Origin: an uncultured virus (IMG/VR IMGVR_UViG_3300002835_000011)
Lineage: Duplodnaviria > Heunggongvirae > Uroviricota > Caudoviricetes
Virus record (IMG/VR): IMGVR_UViG_3300002835_000011
Strand: one strand, 5' to 3'
DNA length: 64,000 nt
Part shown: positions 1-10,267 of the stretch, piece after piece
Position numbering within the stretch: position 1 is the first letter of the stretch
Layout: every line of letters starts with the position of its first letter
Made by a program: the position numbers and the translations under genes
Notes under the pieces: model-generated
The model's database searches: none
What the model was told of the DNA's origin: nothing
The model's input: the letters and a program-made list of their open reading frames with translations, nothing else

Positions 1-198
1 ACTCGAATACCTCATTTCGTCAAAATCTACTATTCTATCTATGTCTTTCGGAATGTAATCGAAATATGAATATAGGTTTTCACGGAAATCCTTAACTATA
101 TCTTCCTCGCTATTAGCAACATAGCAATAATAGTTGAGATAACCAGTTTGATAAGAACTCTCCATCTCTAATTCCAATATTGCATATATCTTATTCAC
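1..198 (-). CDS. hypothetical protein, runs off left edge
   Basis: GTG start at 198, open frame to position 1 (VNKIYAILELEMESS...); read manually. Confidence 0.5.
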   Translation of the reverse strand, partial: MNKIYAILELEMESSYQTGYLNYYCYVANSEEDIVKDFRENLYSYFDYIPKDIDRIVDFDEMRYSS

Positions 199-210
199 TA
201 ATCCAAGATT

Positions 211-330
211 TTATTTTTTAACACAATTAGGTACGACTTTACCGTCTTTTAATTTGGTACCAATCTGATTATACCCTTTCCAACAAGGATTTTTCTTTTC
301 AGCTATAAATTCTTTGTAACGTAGTATCAT
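211..330 (-). CDS. 39-aa putative virion peptide with PCWKGY...VPNCV motif
   Basis: manual translation MILRYKEFIAEKKNPCWKGYNQIGTKLKDGKVVPNCVKK; motif recalled from T4-like phage proteins; not in ORF track. Confidence 0.7.
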   Translation of the reverse strand: MILRYKEFIAEKKNPCWKGYNQIGTKLKDGKVVPNCVKK

Positions 331-334
331 AATA

Positions 335-1432
335 TTAACCTCCAAACCCAAATGTTTTTAGTGCAGACCCTCCTTGTATTAAATCAGAATCGCTCTTCAT
401 TAGATCCTTAACTACAGGATAAAAAATCTCAGTTTCTGATAGATCTTTTACTAATTGGGCGTAAAATAATGGATTACTTTTCTTAGTTTCTATTAAATAA
501 TTATGAATGAAGTTATAGGTATCAGTAGTAATTTCTTTTGATCCAGATTCGTAAATTGCTATTATTTGATCAGCTAATTCAATAGCGAATTTCCTTTTTC
601 CTTTATCCTCCTCAGAAAGCTGTGAAAATTGGTATCTATAATAAGTTTTATAGTTGTTCCACAGATCCTTTATTTTTTTAAGAAAAGCATTTTCTAACCC
701 CTTTAATGTTTTAACTCTGATCTTATACGTAGAAGGAACTGGTGCTCCTTCCAGGGTGATTTCAATTCTGCTTCCAAAATGTAATCCTTCGCCTTTATCA
801 AAAATACCGAAAGGCGTTTCATTTTTGAGCCTTATATACATACCATTATTCTCTAATTCTGGTTCGAAATTGAAAACACTATTGAAAAATTTATATGCCG
901 GTATTTCTAAAACTTTTGAAAGATCTGTAATATACTTGTTAGTATCCACTATCACTTTAGATATAGTTTCATCTACAGCGGGACCGTTATATTTTCTACT
1001 AAGATCCAATAAAGAAGTGTAAAATCTACTACCCTTTATCTTATTATATGTGTTAACATTTATAGATCCGTTAAAAACAAAATTCTCCAATTCTTGGGAT
1101 TTTACGCCCTGAAGATGTAGATAATTGTTAGCCAAGAAGTAGATGTATACATAATCAAAAAGTTTATCCCATGTATCCAATTCAACATTTTGAGGGCCCA
1201 CAGGATAAGAGCCATAGTAAAAAATTCCACCCACAGTAACTTTAAAACTATATCCAGAAGCCCTCCCTATTTCTAATGTTCCATTTCTAAGTATATTCAA
1301 TGAACCTCCCATAGAAGCTATTCTCTTGTAAGAATCTAGTTTCTGTAACTCCTTCAGATCCGCCTCGGTTTTTGGAAGAACCAGTTTATGATATTTGCTT
1401 TCAAAAAGTCTGAAAGATTTAACATGTTTCAT
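335..1432 (-). CDS. hypothetical protein with MKHVKSF leader and C-terminal GGSALKTFGF tag
   Basis: ORF track; start moved to MKHVK just after GATATATA motif. Confidence 0.8.
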   Translation of the reverse strand: MKHVKSFRLFESKYHKLVLPKTEADLKELQKLDSYKRIASMGGSLNILRNGTLEIGRASGYSFKVTVGGIFYYGSYPVGPQNVELDTWDKLFDYVYIYFLANNYLHLQGVKSQELENFVFNGSINVNTYNKIKGSRFYTSLLDLSRKYNGPAVDETISKVIVDTNKYITDLSKVLEIPAYKFFNSVFNFEPELENNGMYIRLKNETPFGIFDKGEGLHFGSRIEITLEGAPVPSTYKIRVKTLKGLENAFLKKIKDLWNNYKTYYRYQFSQLSEEDKGKRKFAIELADQIIAIYESGSKEITTDTYNFIHNYLIETKKSNPLFYAQLVKDLSETEIFYPVVKDLMKSDSDLIQGGSALKTFGFGG

Positions 1433-1467
1433 ATCTCTATATATCAAACTAAAAGATATATAAATGA

Positions 1468-2022
1468 ATGAAAAAGATATTAAGATACTCGCAATTTATT
1501 AATGAGATGTGGGACACAATCCCAGATCTCCGTGTCATAAAAAGAATTCCTGCAAGGGACGAGGACATGACCTACGAATTCGAGATTGATGGTGATATGT
1601 ACATGGTTTTTATTCTAGTAAGGAGATGGGAAGACAACACTGTAACTCTAGAAATACATTTCTCTTCTAAAGCTGATCCGTCCGATACAAAATACTCAGA
1701 CTCTCTCACAGGAAGAAACAACATGCAAGATGTTATGGGCAGTGTGTGGTGGGCAGTTAAGGAATGGGCTAGAGAAAGAAGTAAAGGTGGAAATTTAAGA
1801 TCTATCATAGTTGTTGCTAAATCAGAAACATTAGGTGATGATAGAAGAGCTAGAATATACAATCACTTCATAATGAAGAAAGCAAAAGAATCTGGAATGA
1901 TTATCACAAAAACCACAGACATCACAGACATGTATAACGAATTAGGACTAAGTATCTCTAATGCTATTGTAACTAAATATTCCGTTGACAATTTCCCTCT
2001 TGACAGGTTAAAAAGCCTGTGA
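1468..2022 (+). CDS. hypothetical protein (leader MKKILRYSQFINE)
   Basis: 184-aa ORF, GATATATA upstream. Confidence 0.8.
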   Translation: MKKILRYSQFINEMWDTIPDLRVIKRIPARDEDMTYEFEIDGDMYMVFILVRRWEDNTVTLEIHFSSKADPSDTKYSDSLTGRNNMQDVMGSVWWAVKEWARERSKGGNLRSIIVVAKSETLGDDRRARIYNHFIMKKAKESGMIITKTTDITDMYNELGLSISNAIVTKYSVDNFPLDRLKSL

Positions 2023-2027
2023 TCCGA

Positions 2028-2366
2028 TTACTCAGCTAATTTCTTTTCAAAGTATCTAGCTACTCCGTTGTAGTTGGTAAAGTTTCTTATATTTAATACG
2101 AGAAAGATCGTTAAAGGAATATTGATAGCAACCAAATAGTAGATAGCCCAAGTTTCACGAATTCCAAAATAACATGCGAATGAGCACAACCAAGAAACAA
2201 GCGCAAGAGCTATTTGTTTCGTAGTGTTTTTAGAATAAACACTTCCCGCTTGTTTTAATTCGTCGATCATCTCTCTCTTCTCAAAGATGTCTAATGAATC
2301 GAAATATTCTTCTAGTGTTTTCCCTTCTGGGATAGAGTTTAATACTCTTGCTTCTTTCTTTTCCAT
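2028..2366 (-). CDS. small membrane protein, 2 TM segments
   Basis: 112-aa ORF with two hydrophobic stretches. Confidence 0.7.
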   Translation of the reverse strand: MEKKEARVLNSIPEGKTLEEYFDSLDIFEKREMIDELKQAGSVYSKNTTKQIALALVSWLCSFACYFGIRETWAIYYLVAINIPLTIFLVLNIRNFTNYNGVARYFEKKLAE

Positions 2367-2495
2367 CTTGATTTTTTTTGTTAAGATAGAGACAATCTAG
2401 TTATTAAAAAAATGATTTCTATATTATTTTAATAGGGTCAAATATCTAAGACCACAAAAAAGCCCCCGAAATTTCAGAGGCTAAAATTGTAACTA

Positions 2496-2915
2496 TTAAT
2501 ACCCACCGCTCATTAACCCAGCTAATTTTTCTTTAGCTGATTTAAGGAGATATTCATAATTTCTTATATCTGCTTGTAATTGCTGTATTTTATCGCTTCT
2601 TCTAGAATCGAATTTTTCTCTCCTTATAACATCTGTTATTTCATCTAATTCAGCGAATTTATATCCCAGTAAACTTTCAATCTCATCAGCACGACTTCCC
2701 ATAAACTCATAAACTTCCGGATTATTTTTCATTGGGTTATACTTCCTAAATATTTGAAATAATGTGAAAAGTTGTTCAGCATTTTTTTCTTTTAAATATA
2801 TTTCAACGAAGGATTTAAATTCGTCAATACTCATTCTCTTAATCTCTTCAGTTGAAAGTACAGTATTATTTGGAAGAGCTGAAGAGTAAGCTTCAAAAAT
2901 TCTAATGTGCCTCAT
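2496..2915 (-). CDS. hypothetical protein with MRHIRIFE leader, C-terminal coiled coil
   Basis: ORF track; GATATATAAATA upstream; terminator downstream. Confidence 0.8.
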   Translation of the reverse strand: MRHIRIFEAYSSALPNNTVLSTEEIKRMSIDEFKSFVEIYLKEKNAEQLFTLFQIFRKYNPMKNNPEVYEFMGSRADEIESLLGYKFAELDEITDVIRREKFDSRRSDKIQQLQADIRNYEYLLKSAKEKLAGLMSGGY

Positions 2916-2928
2916 TTTATATTTTCTT

Positions 2929-2940
2929 TATTTATATATC
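2929..2940 (-). promoter_or_regulatory. putative late promoter GATATATA(A/G), representative copy
   Basis: recurs a short distance upstream of genes at 1432, 1468, 2915, 4829, 5406, 5656, 6697, 7794, 9406, 44745, 51012, 55894, 59857, 61985; resembles T4 late TATAAATA. Confidence 0.7.
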
Positions 2941-2972
2941 CATAGAAGGTCTAAATTCAGCTAATTTATCTA

Positions 2973-3332
2973 TCACAAACTTCTAACTGGCCTGGCGCTA
3001 ACATTCTTACTGATAAGAGTATTATGAAAAAGTGTACTACCATCTTTAAAAGATATACACTCCCTGTGACCTGAATAAGCACTAACCCCAACAAAATTAT
3101 CGTCCAGTGATGAGCTCCAATAATACTCTTTATTAAAATTTAAAATTCCCAGGGTACTAAGATCGTACATGTATCTAAGTTCATCTAAAGTGGGAAGTCT
3201 CCAGCCTTCTCCCTTAAGTGCTTTGCATAATAAGTAATACTGATTCCAGTTTTTATCACTCGGGAGATCTTTATAGAATATCTCCATAGTGCCATCTATA
3301 ATAATATTTTTACCCCTATACACCTGCTTCAA
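2973..3332 (-). CDS. DUF1566/Lcl-like (C-type lectin-like) domain protein
   Basis: GWRLPTLDEL...YWSSS...ARPVR motif. Confidence 0.65.
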   Translation of the reverse strand: MKQVYRGKNIIIDGTMEIFYKDLPSDKNWNQYYLLCKALKGEGWRLPTLDELRYMYDLSTLGILNFNKEYYWSSSLDDNFVGVSAYSGHRECISFKDGSTLFHNTLISKNVSARPVRSL

Positions 3333-3353
3333 AAAGCTTAATGTATCACAAGA

Positions 3354-4058
3354 TTATTTTTTAGGCTCTATATCATAGATTCCGTAAGGGATCTTTTCAA
3401 ATTTATTATCTCTTCTGAATTCTCCTATAATCTCTATAAATTTATCTACGTAAGGCTCAGGCAGCTGTAAGCAGATTCTTTTTATCTTTGTTTTAGTAAA
3501 ATCAGAGTCGCCGTCTGTTTTAAATAACTCTGGTCTATATACATTAGTATTATCACCTTGAACCCCTGTAATAGGAACATTTAAATTACCTGTTCCGGAA
3601 ACTTCAACGATAACATATTGTTCACCTTCAGCTTCTTTAGATCCTTTAACTGTTGCTTTTCCGACTGTTGCTTTTCCTTGTATAAAAACAATTCTCTTAG
3701 GATCTATAAAAGGATATTTTTTAAGAGCCTCTATTGTATTATCTCTTCTTCTTTCAGCAAGAGCCTGATTATCATATTTTCCTTGTCCTACTGCAGAAGC
3801 ACCAGCGCTAACTTTTACTTTAACAGCACCCTTTGAGTTTTGTAATAGATCATTAATAATCTCAACAATTTCCAGGAATTTTTTAGACTTAGGATCTAAG
3901 GAATCAACACCGATAGAGAAATTACCAGATCCAGTAGCTTTTACTTCTTTAGGAATATCTATACCTTTAGGGTATTTATTTTTCATTCTATCGATACTAC
4001 TAATATCTTTTCCGCCTAAATGCTCGTTTATTTCGTTAAATGGTCTAAGATGTTTCAT
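3354..4058 (-). CDS. OmpA-C-like domain protein with head-protein leader
   Basis: F..G...L, V.V.AGAS, NQALAERR motifs; leader MKHLRPFNEINE. Confidence 0.6.
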   Translation of the reverse strand: MKHLRPFNEINEHLGGKDISSIDRMKNKYPKGIDIPKEVKATGSGNFSIGVDSLDPKSKKFLEIVEIINDLLQNSKGAVKVKVSAGASAVGQGKYDNQALAERRRDNTIEALKKYPFIDPKRIVFIQGKATVGKATVKGSKEAEGEQYVIVEVSGTGNLNVPITGVQGDNTNVYRPELFKTDGDSDFTKTKIKRICLQLPEPYVDKFIEIIGEFRRDNKFEKIPYGIYDIEPKK

Positions 4059-4106
4059 CTATTTAATTTCTATTTGTTGTATATATTCTAGTGTATTGGT
4101 ATTTCC

Positions 4107-4829
4107 TTATAATTCCATTATCCATACTGTAGGATCTACATGATTATAGAAGTGCCAGAACATTCTTCTTCTACCACCTATTGTGTAATAGTTACCATTA
4201 TACAATATAAACTGAGTACAAGGTAGTTGTCCCCCGCTTTCTTCGACATTATTAAAATGTGCTATTGATCCCTTTACATAAATCCAGAATTGAGCCTTCC
4301 ATATAGTGATATCAGGATACTTTTGTACAAGACCTAAGGTATTATTAATTGTTTTATCGTCTAATCCAGCAGCAATTGCCTTTTTGTATTCAGTTTCACA
4401 CTGATCTAAAAAAGCCGGATCTTTCTCTAAAGCATCCCAATCATGATTCTTAAAATTAGATCTTAATCTCGGACGGATATAATCTAAAGGCATCTTCTCC
4501 ATTATTCCTTGTTCAAACAAATCTCTACACCAAAGTATAAAAGGAATAAATCTAGGATCTCTCTGTTCCGCTATCTTAATAAGAGAATCTGTAGTGATCT
4601 CTTCTGGTCTGCTAGGAGGATCTACGTGGTGCTCTAACCATTTAGGCTCCCCATCAAACCCATCTTCCACAACATCAAAGATCTCTTGATCAATATTAGA
4701 AGGAAGAAGTGATCTTAATTCAATATATTTCTTAAAAACCCTATAGAACTCCTTAAACTCATACTCTGGTTTTTTATAGATTGGATTTCTCTTAGAGAAA
4801 AAAGACTCAAATAGTTTAATGTACTTCAT
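4107..4829 (-). CDS. hypothetical protein with MKYIKLFE leader; possible ParB-like C-terminus
   Basis: ORF track; YYTIGGRRRM resembles ParB/Srx GxxR. Confidence 0.7.
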   Translation of the reverse strand: MKYIKLFESFFSKRNPIYKKPEYEFKEFYRVFKKYIELRSLLPSNIDQEIFDVVEDGFDGEPKWLEHHVDPPSRPEEITTDSLIKIAEQRDPRFIPFILWCRDLFEQGIMEKMPLDYIRPRLRSNFKNHDWDALEKDPAFLDQCETEYKKAIAAGLDDKTINNTLGLVQKYPDITIWKAQFWIYVKGSIAHFNNVEESGGQLPCTQFILYNGNYYTIGGRRRMFWHFYNHVDPTVWIMEL

Positions 4830-4890
4830 ACTACTATATATCACAAAAAAAGACCCTAAGGTCTTTTTAATTTTATTTTTATAAGGGGAA

Positions 4891-5406
4891 TTACATAGAA
4901 GCCCAACGGTCGCTTTCGTCGTCTAAATAATCGAAATATTCATCCACAGTCATAGATTCTACACTATTTCCTCCTTGGTAATGAGTGATCATCCCTCTTT
5001 CCAAAGCAAATAAAGGAAGACCCCCATATTTCGGCATGTTATTAATCATTACATCCGTTCCGTCTGGCATACTAATATATTCGTAATCATTTACATCAAT
5101 TTCTTGCGGTGTACAAGCTCTCCATTCATTTTCACTCTCATATTCTATATAAGCTAGTCCTTCTCTTCTGTCAGTGAAAAGTGTGTATAATTCATCATAT
5201 GATCCGTTAGAGATTGCAACATCCATATATGCTTCAGAAACATCTCTAAGTTCCGCTGCAACATCATTTGGAAATATACCATACCAAATTCGATCTTCTT
5301 CATGAAAGAAGAATACAGATTCACCCATTCTTGTAGCGTCTTTATATGGATTTTCTTGATTCTTCATAGGAGAATTGAATCCCTCGAATAATTTAATGTA
5401 TTTCAT
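4891..5406 (-). CDS. acidic hypothetical protein with MKYIKLFE leader
   Basis: ORF track; two GATATATA motifs upstream. Confidence 0.8.
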   Translation of the reverse strand: MKYIKLFEGFNSPMKNQENPYKDATRMGESVFFFHEEDRIWYGIFPNDVAAELRDVSEAYMDVAISNGSYDELYTLFTDRREGLAYIEYESENEWRACTPQEIDVNDYEYISMPDGTDVMINNMPKYGGLPLFALERGMITHYQGGNSVESMTVDEYFDYLDDESDRWASM

Positions 5407-5500
5407 TTTGTTGTTTTTATTTATATATCTTTATATATCCAATAAAATTAAAAAAATATTTTTACTTTCTGGTGTCTATTTTTAAGAATTCAAAAAAAAT

Positions 5501-5656
5501 CTATGGTTCAAGATCCTCGTCGGTAACGATGTGACGGCGAATCCATCCACTAATTCTAGCATGTGGAAATGACTTCAGGATAAGTGTTGATAATATTATT
5601 ACACCACAGAAGAGAGCAACTAAAATACTAGCAAAGATTATAATCTCGTTTTTCAT
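5501..5656 (-). CDS. 51-aa single-TM protein
   Basis: manual translation MKNEIIIFASILVALFCGVIILSTLILKSFPHARISGWIRRHIVTDEDLEP; GATATATA upstream. Confidence 0.6.
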   Translation of the reverse strand: MKNEIIIFASILVALFCGVIILSTLILKSFPHARISGWIRRHIVTDEDLEP

Positions 5657-5791
5657 ATCTTATATATCAAAGAAAATCAAAGAGTGTTCAAAGAACACAT
5701 CAACCGTAGAAAAATCTATGTAAACCGACCAGCGATAGGCACACAAAAAATCCCACTAGTTATAGCGGGATTTTATAAAAGTGTTTATGTG

Positions 5792-6697
5792 TTAGCAACC
5801 AGCAGGAGCTATCTTAGTGTCATCAAGTACCTCGTTAAGAGCTTTCATTACTTGCTTACTCACAGTGTCATTTAATTTGTCAAGTAACTTCTTTCTTAAA
5901 TCCACAGTGCCAAATGTTAAGTCAGATACTGCAATCATAAGTTCCTCAGCTATCTTAGTTAACTCATTACTATCAAAGATGTTTTCTGGTATCGATATAG
6001 TTAAATCTGTAATCTCTAAGTAATAACCATCGCCACACGTTTCTCTAAGAATACCAGTACCATTTGCTTTAACACCGGTAGTGGAAAGGGTCATATCACC
6101 TTTAATAGCAGGAGTACCATCAATCTGAAACTCGTAGTGAATCTTTGATGTTACTTCAGCAGGCACGTCCATAGAGATATTCACACTAAATAGAGTATCA
6201 TTATTTGGATCAACCACAGGGTCAGTAACATTTAGAACTCTAAGAGCTCCTAGTCCTTTAGCATTAATAACTTGGTATTCATAGTATCCGATCTTAACGT
6301 TTAAATAACCACAAAGATCCTTACAAGCATCTCTTCCTTTCTTGCACTCCTTTGTACAACAGTTGTTACAAGTCCAATCAACTGTTGAACATCCACCGTG
6401 ACAAATATCATATGCTACGTCACAAGCATCAACACAAGCTTGATCTACAACGGAAGTAGTTATATCATTCTTGCTCACAACTGAATTACAAAATTCTAGA
6501 TCATTAAGAACAGAGGGTGTACATCCACTCTCGATCACAAATTGGTAATTCTGAACGGGCTCGCTCTGAATAACCGTGTTTAATACCTCCGTAATAACCT
6601 GCCCAGAAGGAGGAGGCGTATAGGAGGATTTTTTTAATATGCCGCAACTTGAAAGGAACAAGAGTAGCATGAGTAATAAGGTAAATTTATTTTTCAT
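5792..6697 (-). CDS. Cys-rich lipoprotein
   Basis: signal peptide with lipobox LSSC; CxxxC-rich segment. Confidence 0.75.
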   Translation of the reverse strand: MKNKFTLLLMLLLFLSSCGILKKSSYTPPPSGQVITEVLNTVIQSEPVQNYQFVIESGCTPSVLNDLEFCNSVVSKNDITTSVVDQACVDACDVAYDICHGGCSTVDWTCNNCCTKECKKGRDACKDLCGYLNVKIGYYEYQVINAKGLGALRVLNVTDPVVDPNNDTLFSVNISMDVPAEVTSKIHYEFQIDGTPAIKGDMTLSTTGVKANGTGILRETCGDGYYLEITDLTISIPENIFDSNELTKIAEELMIAVSDLTFGTVDLRKKLLDKLNDTVSKQVMKALNEVLDDTKIAPAGC

Positions 6698-6823
6698 GAT
6701 TTAATATTTTAGATAAATTATATATCACTCAAAAAAATCTAGGATTATTCAAGGACATCTAAGATCACGGCCCCCAGGACCTCACACAAGAACTGTAGAA
6801 AAATCTAGAGCCCGGAGGGCTAA

Positions 6824-7318
6824 TCACAATTTATCAATACGATCTACGAAATCCCAGGTGATACCGAATCTTGGATATTTTCCAATCAATTCCCTTAGAT
6901 ACTCACTATAAGGTCTGGACTCTATCAAATCCCGGACGCTCTCTGCATAATCACCAAAACCTTCAAATACATCTGCTGCAGATTCATCCTCCATATAAGA
7001 TTCATGGAATCTAAAAGCAAAATTGAGGGTCTCACACACATTAATCTCCAACTCATAATTATCCATAAGAGGAGAAATAACATCATAGATAGCATCGGAA
7101 AGAGCACCCATTGATAAATCTGGATTTATCTTAGATAAGACTTCTTCAACATCATTATCAGGAGTACCAAAAAATTGACCCAGATCATTTATTATGGTTT
7201 CCTTGATCTCCTTTAAAGAATCTCCCGAATATAATCTATATAAAGTGAAATCATATTCTCCTGAGTAACCTAGATCTGCATACTCGTTTAATTGATATAA
7301 AGTAACTAAATAATCCAT
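6824..7318 (-). CDS. acidic hypothetical protein, paralog of 7330-7794
   Basis: shared YRLYSG.S..IK motif. Confidence 0.75.
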   Translation of the reverse strand: MDYLVTLYQLNEYADLGYSGEYDFTLYRLYSGDSLKEIKETIINDLGQFFGTPDNDVEEVLSKINPDLSMGALSDAIYDVISPLMDNYELEINVCETLNFAFRFHESYMEDESAADVFEGFGDYAESVRDLIESRPYSEYLRELIGKYPRFGITWDFVDRIDKL

Positions 7319-7329
7319 GAATCTATATA

Positions 7330-7794
7330 TTATAAAATCCTATTAATTAAAGCATCATTGATACTAACAGAATAATCATTATATAAAGAACTTACATAAA
7401 CAAGAACTTTCTCTAATTTATTAGCATATTCTCCATAGGTATAAAATCCAACCTCTGAGGTATCAAACTCCTCCAAATCATCTTCATAATTTCTATAGAA
7501 TCTGACAGCCTCCATGACATCAGTATAGGGATCACTAATCTGTATATGACAATCCGACATGTAACCATCAGAATCTTCTATAGCGGCAGTGAAGAAATCT
7601 CCTATCTCCCCGAACCCCATACCAGGATCATCTAAGTTGTCAATCTCGTCTGATACATCTATCCATGTGTCTTTTAAATCATTAACCAGATTAAATTTTA
7701 TTTTATCTGGAGATTCACCAGAATATAATCTATAGGTACGATATTCTCCTGCAGATCCATCTGTTATCTCCCAAACATTAACAAAGTAATTCAT
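7330..7794 (-). CDS. acidic hypothetical protein, paralog of 6824-7318
   Basis: shared YRLYSG.S..IK motif. Confidence 0.75.
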   Translation of the reverse strand: MNYFVNVWEITDGSAGEYRTYRLYSGESPDKIKFNLVNDLKDTWIDVSDEIDNLDDPGMGFGEIGDFFTAAIEDSDGYMSDCHIQISDPYTDVMEAVRFYRNYEDDLEEFDTSEVGFYTYGEYANKLEKVLVYVSSLYNDYSVSINDALINRIL

Positions 7795-7916
7795 AGCTTA
7801 TATATCCGAGGCGAAACCCTAGGAACACACGTTCTTCACCACACGTAAAATCTTAGTTTTAGAACACCACGTCACAGTAAAAAAATACCATAAATCTTTT
7901 TACTACGTATTGAAAA

Positions 7917-8801
7917 TTAATCTTCAGGATATCTTATTTTTCTTAGGATCTCAACCATTTTAAAATTTCTTTCATCAATTGCGCCGTCAATCAAATCATC
8001 TAATTCCATATTGGTCAAATTTTTAAAGTATTCACCTGAATCAAGGTCTCTTTTTAATTTCTCCCTATTAGCCAATCCAACTTTTCTCAACGCATTTCTT
8101 CTAAGGGTCATATGGAATTCCTTACGATCCTCATTACTCCAATTATGTATAACTGCACCTCTTACATTACCTTTAATAGACGTCTCAAGTTTGTTAAGTT
8201 CATCCTGATATGGAGTATTTGGTGAAATGTCAGGATTCGTATTTTTCATGAAAGAATCATTATATGATTCCTCCCATACAGGTTTAAATCTATCCCTAAG
8301 AGCCAAAAGTTTAACACCTATCCTAAGAGTAGGCCTTGATTTTAAAGTTCTAGGTGAATATTCCTTACGGATCCAACTGCTATTCGGTCCCTTACCAACG
8401 GATTTACCTCCTACAGAGTAAGTAAAATACTGTGTATTCCCATAATAATTATTAGCAACCTCCCATCTAAAGAAATCTGCCCAAAATCTAAAATATCCAT
8501 CTCTAGTTACCGGATAGTTCATAGACCTTTCCACTATACTTTCCAATTCATCAAGAGCTGTAGAATCTAATTCACTACCTCTCTTACCAATTTCAGGATA
8601 ATCGTCTAGGTCATCAAAACCTATCTCAGGATTAAATTTTTTATCATTCTTTGCAGCTAAACACTTAGAACATAATCCGGTCTCTATAAAAGACTTTTTC
8701 TCCGGATAAGAAAGCATTTTAATATCTACTGGCTCTAAACAATACTCACAGAAATGATCATCAGGCTCATTAAAATTCTCAAATAGTTTAATATACTTCA
8801 T
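7917..8801 (-). CDS. MKYIKLFE-leader protein with Zn-finger (CxxC..CxxC) and C-terminal UVR/IDEAL-like helix
   Basis: CEYC, GLCSKC; LIDGAIDERNF. Confidence 0.75.
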   Translation of the reverse strand: MKYIKLFENFNEPDDHFCEYCLEPVDIKMLSYPEKKSFIETGLCSKCLAAKNDKKFNPEIGFDDLDDYPEIGKRGSELDSTALDELESIVERSMNYPVTRDGYFRFWADFFRWEVANNYYGNTQYFTYSVGGKSVGKGPNSSWIRKEYSPRTLKSRPTLRIGVKLLALRDRFKPVWEESYNDSFMKNTNPDISPNTPYQDELNKLETSIKGNVRGAVIHNWSNEDRKEFHMTLRRNALRKVGLANREKLKRDLDSGEYFKNLTNMELDDLIDGAIDERNFKMVEILRKIRYPED

Positions 8802-8926
8802 AAATAAATATTAAATTTATATTCTATATATTCCTAGGAGCACATAGATTTACACAGAAAAATTTTGATTTTGGAACCAATCCCAATTTTAGGGCCCAGC
8901 CCCACCCTATTAATATTAGTGATAAA

Positions 8927-9406
8927 CTATTTTGAAAAGTATCTAACAGATACAATTTCGAATAATCCCCTATGGTCCTTTGATCCTGGTTTCACACCTT
9001 CGTCAAATTTACAATACCAGTTGTGAGTTATATTTTTTAAAGAATCAAAGTGATTTGATATATCAAAGCCTTGATTTGAATGTTCCGCAGATTGTACTAT
9101 ATTTATCTCATCACCACTATATACAATATAATACCATATGGAGTTTTTTATGTCTTTTTTATCAAATACCTTAAATAGGGGATAGTAAGAACCTTTACGC
9201 ATTTCTAATCCACCATCTCCATAATTAGTATGACCTTCTCCTTGAAGATTTTTTAAGTTAGAAGCGAAATCACTTGATTGATAAACTTTATCGCCTTCAG
9301 TTCCTTTCCAGTATTGTTCCATAAAACCATCACCGTTAAATTTTACCGTTATTGTATTTGGATAACCATCTACTTGAAAATTTTCAAATATTTTAATATG
9401 TTTCAT
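8927..9406 (-). CDS. hypothetical protein with MKHIKIFE leader
   Basis: ORF track. Confidence 0.8.
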   Translation of the reverse strand: MKHIKIFENFQVDGYPNTITVKFNGDGFMEQYWKGTEGDKVYQSSDFASNLKNLQGEGHTNYGDGGLEMRKGSYYPLFKVFDKKDIKNSIWYYIVYSGDEINIVQSAEHSNQGFDISNHFDSLKNITHNWYCKFDEGVKPGSKDHRGLFEIVSVRYFSK

Positions 9407-9699
9407 AGTTAAATATTAATGTAATCTATATATCATTATATCATAGAGAGTACGAGGCGAAGCCCTAGGAGGCTATAGTTTCCCTAGAAAAAAAAATTTT
9501 GGTTTTAGAACACACCCAATGTTTAGGGCCCAGCCCCACCCTATTAGACTATCAAAGATCCCTACGTATATGTATAGGGGTAACATATAAGACCAGCCAG
9601 GATAGTCTGGGGTAAACCCTAGGAAATCCCATTTTGGTAGGCTCGTAAAATTTTGCTTACCCTTAGGCCGGGGCCAAAATTAGAATTATCCCCCGGGGC

Positions 9700-9865
9700 C
9701 ATTGCACACTTTTAGGAGGGGCCAAAAAGGCCCTATTTTACCCCATTTTAGGCCCCTATTTTTAGCCCTTTTTGACCCCCCTAAAACCAGTGTTTTTAGG
9801 GCCCTTATTTTAGCCTTTTTGGACCCCTTATTTTAGTCATTTTAAGGCCCCCTTATTTTGCCAGA
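9700..9865. repeat. degenerate tandem T-tract/C-tract repeat with roughly helical periodicity
   Basis: TATTTTAGGCCCC-like units repeated; no ORF. Confidence 0.7.
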
Positions 9866-10150
9866 ATCATTTTTATATTTGTAGAAGTTTCTCTATATTA
9901 GCTATGTTAAAGATCTCCATATTCTTTAATTGGTTACACAGAGGAAGGCCCTATTTAAAAGGGCCTTTTTTAATGGCTTTTTTTTGAAGAAGGTAATAGC
10001 TACGGGGTGCCCCAGGAAAGCAGGGCATTTCTTAAAGAATCTTGATTCTCTGGGGTGCCCCGTAGGATCTTATTATCAACATCCAGATTTCTTAGGTCCA
10101 CAAAAAAAGGGTCTTTTTGGGACCCTTGATTTTGTGTGTGTTTATCTCTG

Positions 10151-10267
10151 TTAATTGAGGTTAATCTCTCTATGTTCCATTAGGAGTATGAATTTTGATT
10201 TACATATGTATTGTAATGCTTCAAATCCCACTTTAGGATAGAAATATAGTATTGGTTTGCCTATCAT
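10151..10267 (-). CDS. 38-aa hypothetical peptide
   Basis: MIGKPILYFYPKVGFEALQYICKSKFILLMEHREINLN, between an early promoter and a terminator. Confidence 0.5.
   Translation of the reverse strand: MIGKPILYFYPKVGFEALQYICKSKFILLMEHREINLN

Larger units (their letters stand above)
7805..9546. repeat. dispersed intergenic repeat, three related copies (about 7805-7870, 8830-8912, 9453-9546)
   Basis: TTTAGGGCCCAGCCCCACCCTATTA in copies 2 and 3; GAGGCGAA(A/G)CCCTAGGA in copies 1 and 3; AAAATYTTRRTTTTRGAAC in all three. Confidence 0.7.
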
